Source: Microcoleaceae cyanobacterium (GTDB taxonomy: Bacteria; Cyanobacteriota; Cyanobacteriia; Cyanobacteriales; Microcoleaceae). From it: a DNA stretch of 13,954 nucleotides. The DNA is taken from positions 1 through 13,954 of the forward strand of contig JBOFUV010000155.1 in assembly GCA_051652765.1 (NCBI GenBank), written 5' to 3'. Under the pieces are notes generated by a model that had not been told where the DNA came from, did no database searches, and saw nothing but the letters and a program-made list of their open reading frames with translations. Position 1 is the stretch's first letter. Each line of letters begins with the position of its first letter. This document shows positions 8,520 to 13,954 of the stretch, one piece after another. A program made the position numbers and the translations under genes.

Positions 8520-10433
8520 TCAGGTATTCACAACGGATTTACTCATTTTTTGTGCCTCTAAATAGATTAACAAGGCGTTAATATCTGCAGGATTGACCCC
8601 ACCAATTCTAGAGGCTTGCCCAATCGTTAACGGTCGAACTTTAGTTAATTTTTCACGGGATTCCATTGAGAGGGTTTTGATTGTCATGTAATCTAACTCT
8701 TCTGGTAAGGATCGATTGGCATAGCGGCTGATTTGATCAATTTGGTTTTGTTGACGCTGGAGGTAGCCCGAGTATTTGATCTCAATTTCTGCCCCTTCTT
8801 TTTCAACTACATCAAGTGCGGAATTACCCAAGTTGTAATGCTCTAAATCACTGTAGTGAAACCCAGGGCGACGCAACAAATCTGCCAAGGTAATTGAACC
8901 TTTAATTTTTTGTTGCGTGTCATTGAAAATTGTAATTCCAACGTGATCCCGTTCTTTAACTCGGGTGGAATAGAGCCGTTCTTTTTCGGCAATGATATTA
9001 GCTTGTTTCTGCTGGAAAAGTTGCCACCGCCGATCATCAATTAATCCGACTTCTCGACCCATAGGTGTTAACCGTTGATCGGCATTATCTGAGCGCAAAA
9101 GTAGGCGATATTCTGAACGGCTGGTCAACATCCGATAGGGTTCCCGCAAATCTTTTGTGCAGAGGTCATCCAGTAATGTTCCGATATAACTTTCTTCACG
9201 GGGGAACACAATCATGGGTTGATGTTTTACAAACCGCGCCGCATTCAGTCCAGCCACAATTCCTTGGGCTGCCGCTTCTTCATACCCCGTTGTACCGTTA
9301 ATTTGGCCTGCACAAAATAGCCCCTCGATTTTTTTTGTCATCATCGTGGGATAACATTGGGTTGCAGGTAAATAGTCATATTCCACTGCATAGGCCGGAC
9401 GGAGCATCATACACTGTTCTAAGCCGGGGAGCGATCGCAACATCTGTAGTTGTAACGTTTCTGGTAACCCAGTAGAAAAGCCTTGAATATAGAGTTCAGG
9501 AATATCTCGCCCTTCCGGTTCGATAAAGATTTGGTGGCTGTCTTTGTCTGCAAAGCGCACAATTTTGTCTTCAATACTCGGACAATACCGGGGGCCCTTT
9601 GCCTCTACCCAACCTCCATACACTGGAGAAAGATGCAAATTTTCCCGGATTAAACGGTGAGTTTCTGCAGTGGTTCGGGTCAGGTAGCAACACAGTTGCT
9701 CCCGTGGAACCCAGACTTCTGGATCAAAACTAAACCACCGAACCTCGGCATCCCCTGGTTGAGGTTCCAGATTCCTGTAATCCACTGAACGTTTGTCCAC
9801 CCGTGCGGGGGTTCCAGTTTTCAATCGCCCAGTCTCAAACCCCAAACGGTTCAGGGTATCGGTTAAGCCCACCGCCGCAAACTCTCCGGCTCGCCCTGCG
9901 GCCATAGACTTATTCCCGACCCAGATGATGCCTCCGAGGAAGGTTCCAGTCGTCAAAATCACAGCCTTGCATCTGAATGCAGCACCAAAATAGGTCTGAA
10001 TCCCAATTACATCCTGATTAGGCCCCAAAACTAAATCCGTAGCCATGCCCTCTCGAATGACTAAATTCTCCTGATACTCCACGATGCGTCGCATCACGGC
10101 AGCATATTCCCGTTTATCAGTTTGGGCTCGCAATGCCCAAACCGCAGGGCCACGGGAAGCATTCAACACCCGCTTTTGGAGGTAAGTGCGGTCAGCCATC
10201 TTGCCAATTTCCCCCCCCAACGCATCAACTTCGTGGGTGAGTTGAGATTTAGCAGGGGCACCAACCGCAGGATTACAGGGTTGCCATGCAATTCTGTCCA
10301 AATTCAAGGTCAACATTAAAGTGCGGCAACCTAACCGAGCCGAAGCCAACGCAGCCTCGCACCCAGAGTGTCCAGCACCCACTACAACTACCTCAAACTC
10401 GTCTTGAAAATCTACAGGAGCAGCAACAGCCAT
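8520..10433 (-). CDS. mnmG: tRNA uridine-5-carboxymethylaminomethyl(34) synthesis enzyme MnmG (GidA)
   Basis: FAD-binding [13 protein letters not shown], plus [43 protein letters not shown] and [17 protein letters not shown] at 10433 is preferred over TTG at 10442. Confidence 0.98.
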   Translation of the reverse strand: MAVAAPVDFQDEFEVVVVGAGHSGCEAALASARLGCRTLMLTLNLDRIAWQPCNPAVGAPAKSQLTHEVDALGGEIGKMADRTYLQKRVLNASRGPAVWALRAQTDKREYAAVMRRIVEYQENLVIREGMATDLVLGPNQDVIGIQTYFGAAFRCKAVILTTGTFLGGIIWVGNKSMAAGRAGEFAAVGLTDTLNRLGFETGRLKTGTPARVDKRSVDYRNLEPQPGDAEVRWFSFDPEVWVPREQLCCYLTRTTAETHRLIRENLHLSPVYGGWVEAKGPRYCPSIEDKIVRFADKDSHQIFIEPEGRDIPELYIQGFSTGLPETLQLQMLRSLPGLEQCMMLRPAYAVEYDYLPATQCYPTMMTKKIEGLFCAGQINGTTGYEEAAAQGIVAGLNAARFVKHQPMIVFPREESYIGTLLDDLCTKDLREPYRMLTSRSEYRLLLRSDNADQRLTPMGREVGLIDDRRWQLFQQKQANIIAEKERLYSTRVKERDHVGITIFNDTQQKIKGSITLADLLRRPGFHYSDLEHYNLGNSALDVVEKEGAEIEIKYSGYLQRQQNQIDQISRYANRSLPEELDYMTIKTLSMESREKLTKVRPLTIGQASRIGGVNPADINALLIYLEAQKMSKSVVNT

Positions 10434-10666
10434 TCTTAACAATTGGGGGGAAAATTGGGGAAAAACGGGAGTAAATTACAAGTCACTGTGGTCGCCCACT
10501 AACCACACTCAAAGCACTCTCTCACCCATAATCTTACGCTAACTTTACCGAATCATGTTTCGCACCGACCAACAGGAACCCATGAGCATTCTCTGCATTA
10601 CTTCAGGGTTGGATCAAAACAAGATTGATCACTGCCCAGTTAACAGCTTAATAAATTTCTTGAAGT

Positions 10667-11650
10667 TTAGGAAAAATTTAGGGCTAAAGCATCATGAATT
10701 GACAAAGGTTCTAACCAATGATCAACGCCAAAACCAACGGCTCTCCGAGGTGAAGAAAGTTCAGTTGCCAAGTTAAGAATAGCATTCCGACCTACATGGG
10801 TTTCAAAAACGGATGAAAAAACAGCATCAATGTTATGGTCTTGACAAAACTGTTTTAACTGTTTTGGAGAGCCTGAAATTGCAGGTTTAATCACAAAAAT
10901 TCCGCGCCATCTTTGTTGGTAACAGGTCTTTAACTGATTCAAAGTGGCAACAGATTCATCCAAGGCAAGGGGAGTTGCGTAGCGAGAACTTAACGCCAGT
11001 AGTTCCTCAAATTGACTGACCTTCAAGGGTTGTTCTAGGAATTCAATCTGAAAATGAGGGGAGATATTTTGCAAGGTATCGCAAGTTTGCAACCATTGAT
11101 TTGCCTGTTTCCAAGTCAATCCTCCATTGGCATCTAGTCGAAGGGAACAAACGGAGCTATTCTCAATCATCGCTTGGGTGAGAGTTTGAAAAATTTCGAG
11201 TTCAAGTTCGAGTAGATAAACTCCAATTTTCCACTTAAAGGTGCGATACCCTTGATGATATAAATCCTGCCATTTTTGTAACGCCAATTCCCCCGCAGGC
11301 AAGAGTCCACTGTAGTTTAAGGGCTGCTTTAACTGAGGCTGATCCTGAGATGAATTGCAGGCCATTACAGCAGACTCAAACCCAAATTGACAGGCCGGAA
11401 AGGTATCAGGAATTACTTCTATGCTTTCTAGGTTAAATTTCTTTGGGAAGTTCTGACAAATTGTTAGGGCTTGCTCTAAAGTTTCTGAACCAAACCAACT
11501 CAAGGGTGCAATTTCTCCCCACCCCGTGTTCCCAGCTTCATTGGTTAACTGTAAAAGAATTCCTTGCCGCTCTCGCCAAATTCCATGATGGGTGTTTAAG
11601 GGGTGTTTGAATGGACAACGGTAAGGGTGAAACTCAAATTGATAATTCAA
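10667..11650 (-). CDS. menC: o-succinylbenzoate synthase (phylloquinone/menaquinone pathway)
   Basis: Enolase-superfamily OSBS motifs: GWGEIAPL, TFKWKIG (KxK), LRLDANG, FLEQP, ALDES, VIKP and VFSSVFET. The only in-frame start at the N-terminus is TTG at 11650 (see findings). Confidence 0.9.
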   Translation of the reverse strand: MNYQFEFHPYRCPFKHPLNTHHGIWRERQGILLQLTNEAGNTGWGEIAPLSWFGSETLEQALTICQNFPKKFNLESIEVIPDTFPACQFGFESAVMACNSSQDQPQLKQPLNYSGLLPAGELALQKWQDLYHQGYRTFKWKIGVYLLELELEIFQTLTQAMIENSSVCSLRLDANGGLTWKQANQWLQTCDTLQNISPHFQIEFLEQPLKVSQFEELLALSSRYATPLALDESVATLNQLKTCYQQRWRGIFVIKPAISGSPKQLKQFCQDHNIDAVFSSVFETHVGRNAILNLATELSSPRRAVGFGVDHWLEPLSIHDALALNFS

Positions 11651-11675
11651 ATTGATAATTCAAATTGATAATTCA
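11634..11675. repeat. Perfect 13-bp tandem repeat x3 over the menC start
   Basis: TCAAATTGATAAT at 11634, 11647 and 11660, followed by a partial copy TCATATTG that contains the minus-strand ATG (11676-11674). Confidence 0.95.
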
Positions 11676-11727
11676 TATTGGCTGCAAGTTGGAACCCAGA
11701 GATTTTTAAAGATATTGTGGAGGAACT

Positions 11728-12111
11728 TTAAACATACGCCGTTTGTAACGCAGCAGTATCTTCAAACATCTTATAAGAAATGATGCGATCGCCCTGCACT
11801 TGACACACTAAGGCCCACTCACTTTTAAAAATGCGTCCGGTTTTGCGAACCCGATGCTGCATGTAGCCATAGGCAAAAACGAATTCGTCTATGACACTCC
11901 ATTTGCGAATCTCAAACGCTTCCGTCTCAAACATCTCCGTCAGAATTGCCAAAAACTGCTTCACGCCTGCTTCGCCCTCAAATCTGCCATAAATCGGCAC
12001 CGAGCTTGGCCCCTGTGCTTCAAACACAGCATCGTCATGAACGAGATCTAACGCTCCGCTCAGATCATTGTTAAACAGGCAAGTAAAAAATTGCTGCACT
12101 GGGTTTGACAT
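11728..12111 (-). CDS. SnoaL-like / NTF2-fold (ketosteroid isomerase-like) protein
   Basis: 127 aa with the family pattern VQQFF...DLSGALDLVHDDAVF, PIYGRFEG, TGRIFKSEWA and DRIISYKMFEDT. An AAGGA RBS lies upstream. Confidence 0.85.
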   Translation of the reverse strand: MSNPVQQFFTCLFNNDLSGALDLVHDDAVFEAQGPSSVPIYGRFEGEAGVKQFLAILTEMFETEAFEIRKWSVIDEFVFAYGYMQHRVRKTGRIFKSEWALVCQVQGDRIISYKMFEDTAALQTAYV

Positions 12112-12227
12112 ACAATGTCCTTTGCTTACTGCTAGAGAGTGTCTAAAAGGGGTCGGCTCTAATTTTTTTTAAGTAAATTGGGAGGGGTTGGCTGGCAGTA
12201 GAACTATTTCCAGAACTGAACTGAGTC

Positions 12228-13073
12228 TCAGAGAGTCTTTGCTTCAAAGGTATTGCACTGATTCAAATCTCCAGACTGAAGACCCTGTTTGAACCAACGT
12301 GCTCGCTGGGCCGAAGAACCGTGGGTAAAAGAATCGGGAACGATGTAACCTTGGGCTTGGCGTTGCAGACGATCATCCCCAATCTGACTAGCTGCATTCA
12401 AGGCTTCCTCAACATCGCCCTGTTCCAAAATCTGGCGAGTCTCATCGGCATGGTGGGCCCAAACTCCAGCCAAACAATCCGCTTGAAGCTCAAGCATGAC
12501 AGACAGTTGATTGGCCTCCGATTCACTGACTTGACGCTGCATATTGGTCACTTTCTGAGAAATTCCCAACAATGTCTGGACATGATGCCCAATTTCGTGG
12601 GCAATCACATAAGCTTGGGCAAAATCTCCGGGCGCTTGGTGGCGATTTTTCAAATCGTTATAGAAGCTCAGATCAATGTAAACCTTTTGATCCCGTGGAC
12701 AATAAAATGGCCCTGAAGCCGCTGTTGCATAGCCACAGGCAGATTCAACTTGCCCTGAGAATAAGACTAGAGTTGGCTCTTGGTAGTCAGCCCCTAGCTG
12801 TTGAAACAATGTGCTCCAGGTATCTTCTGTATCTCCTAAAACAACAGCTACAAAATCCGCCAATTCTTCCTCTTCGGGAGAGATTGCGCGAGAAGAATAA
12901 GCTCCTGGATTCGAGGGAGACGCTTGATTTAAGATTGGGGTAGGGTCAAAGCCTAGAAATGCGGCAACTAAAGCCATCAAGACCACTCCAATCCCGCCAC
13001 CGACTGCAACAGGCGCTCCCATCGTTCGTCGATCTTCAACATTCTGGCTTCTGCGACCCATTTGCCAACGCAT
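12228..13073 (-). CDS. Neutral zinc metallopeptidase, YpfJ / Zn_peptidase family
   Basis: N-terminal MRW...SQNVEDRR, one hydrophobic anchor, SACG...GPFYCP, GDFAQAYVIAHEIGHHVQ (HExxH), ELQADCLAG and PDSFTHGSSAQR. GGAGG lies 7 nt upstream of the ATG. Confidence 0.93.
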   Translation of the reverse strand: MRWQMGRRSQNVEDRRTMGAPVAVGGGIGVVLMALVAAFLGFDPTPILNQASPSNPGAYSSRAISPEEEELADFVAVVLGDTEDTWSTLFQQLGADYQEPTLVLFSGQVESACGYATAASGPFYCPRDQKVYIDLSFYNDLKNRHQAPGDFAQAYVIAHEIGHHVQTLLGISQKVTNMQRQVSESEANQLSVMLELQADCLAGVWAHHADETRQILEQGDVEEALNAASQIGDDRLQRQAQGYIVPDSFTHGSSAQRARWFKQGLQSGDLNQCNTFEAKTL

Positions 13074-13709
13074 AACTGTTCCTCCCTAGAACTTGCAAGT
13101 AAGCTACTCGCTGAAGATCATACTAAACCTTTTTCTCAAGGCAGATAAACTTCAAGAATTTTGCAGAAATGAGGTCACCGCAAACCAGTCAAAGTCGGAT
13201 CGGCTATCCAACAATTGAGCAGCAAAGCTTTGCCGCCATATTTTCTTCGTTGTGGGTCTGGTTCGCTTAAGACATTTGATACCCTTGCCAAACACCCTCT
13301 GAATGAAACTGAGTAAAACTAAGTGAAAATACTGAGATTAACCCAAAAGATAGTTGCCACTTCAGTTGCTGATTTCTACTGAGAAGAAAGTTTTTTAAAG
13401 CTAATATAAATAACTGTCCATAACCACAAAAAATTGACCCTACTAGAAAATACGGATGACCATCTAGAATCCGAATTGACTCAAAAGGCCAATCCCCAAT
13501 CCCAAAGCCTTGATTAGACCATTTCAGGACTGAGCATTGTTTGGGGAAGAGATGAATTTTATGCGTATTTTCCTAAATTTCACATCACTTTTAGTTGGGC
13601 TTGCGTAAAAACTCTGAGAACAATTCATTATCTATTTCTCCGTATACTTACTTGAAATCTTTGAGAAAAATCAAGGTTTTAAAGAGTCTGTAAAACCTTT
13701 CAAAAGCCC

Positions 13710-13739
13710 TTGCAAGCTGGCTTTATCTGTTGCTATTCT
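13710..13739 (+). promoter_or_regulatory. Putative sigma70-type promoter for the gene at 13786
   Basis: TTGCAA (13710-13715), an 18-bp spacer, and an extended -10 TGcTATTCT (13731-13739), 46 nt before the ATG. Confidence 0.55.
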
Positions 13740-13785
13740 TGTAAATGTAAGCGGGAAGTTAAACCGAGTTATCCACACACAACAA

Positions 13786-13954
13786 ATGAAAAACACACAA
13801 CAAATTGTCTCCCTAATTGCTTTGTCTGCTCTCTCTACTTTCGGGGTTGCTAACGCTGCTGATGCTGCTAATATCGGTTTCCGGATGAATCAAGGTGAAG
13901 CCTACGGTACAAATGGCAAAATGGGCATCGCCACTCAAGTCGAAAACACTGCAA
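13786..13954 (+). CDS. Secreted protein with N-terminal signal peptide, 3'-truncated; possibly a PEP-CTERM-type surface protein
   Basis: Not in the ORF track. My translation is MKNTQQIVSLIALSALSTFGVANAADAANIGFRMNQGEAYGTNGKMGIATQVENTA, open to the window end. It has a basic n-region, a hydrophobic h-region and an A-D-A cleavage motif. The PEP-CTERM assignment is inference only. Confidence 0.8.
   Translation, partial: MKNTQQIVSLIALSALSTFGVANAADAANIGFRMNQGEAYGTNGKMGIATQVENTA

Larger units (their letters stand above)
130..11792. repeat. HIP1 octamer GCGATCGC, 9 dispersed copies
   Basis: Exact copies start at 130, 1569, 3060, 5280, 6869, 7879, 8326, 9431 and 11785. Far fewer than one copy is expected by chance in 14 kb of AT-rich DNA. 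HIP1 is a known cyanobacterial signature. Confidence 0.95.

Noticed and set aside
3..10433. Functional link between metF and mnmG through methylene-THF
   Set aside because: They are about 7.7 kb apart on opposite strands and separated by unrelated genes, so proximity is probably coincidental.
10555..10776. 73-aa plus-strand ORF between mnmG and menC
   Set aside because: It overlaps the menC 3' end by 110 bp on the opposite strand and has no RBS or recognisable motif.
4302..11675. Tandem repeats as possible CRISPR arrays
   Set aside because: The units are 10-14 bp, directly adjacent without spacers, and no cas genes are present.
54..12943. Short ORFs in the track that overlap main genes (e.g. 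54-236, 446-628, 1649-1969, 2683-2907, 5357-5545, 7624-7911, 9065-9301, 12321-12716, 12572-12943)
   Set aside because: They are antisense or alternate-frame shadows of well-supported genes and show no recognisable motifs.
13478..13550. Possible c-di-GMP riboswitch around AAGGC...CAAAGCCTT and CCAATCCCCAATCCC
   Set aside because: There is no GNRA tetraloop/receptor or GEMM consensus architecture. It shows only a 5-bp stem and a short heptamer-like repeat.

Overview
This is a cyanobacterial chromosomal window: nine HIP1 octamers (GCGATCGC) occur in 14 kb. In order it contains the 3' part of metF, a DUF4140/DUF4139 (MuiA-like) protein, a ~97-bp MITE-like repeat and a hypothetical protein. Next is a co-oriented signalling trio: a stand-alone EAL protein with degenerate catalytic motifs, a REC-HisKA-HATPase kinase and a 3xPAS-HisKA-HATPase-REC hybrid kinase. 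On the minus strand follow mnmG (gidA), menC, a SnoaL/NTF2-like protein and a YpfJ-type zinc metallopeptidase. After a ~710-bp intergenic region comes the start of a secreted-protein gene missing from the ORF track. No rRNA, tRNA, CRISPR array or transposase was seen. The most notable observations are: (i) a 13-bp x3 repeat at the menC start that puts the ATG out of frame, giving a 9-aa upstream ORF whose TGA overlaps an in-frame TTG; (ii) the probably inactive EAL protein next to two soluble hybrid kinases; (iii) six copies of a GTA-N4-TAC-like dyad upstream of the secreted-protein promoter; (iv) recurrent 10-18 bp micro-duplications at gene boundaries. These are leads only, and I cannot show a wholly new system from sequence alone.
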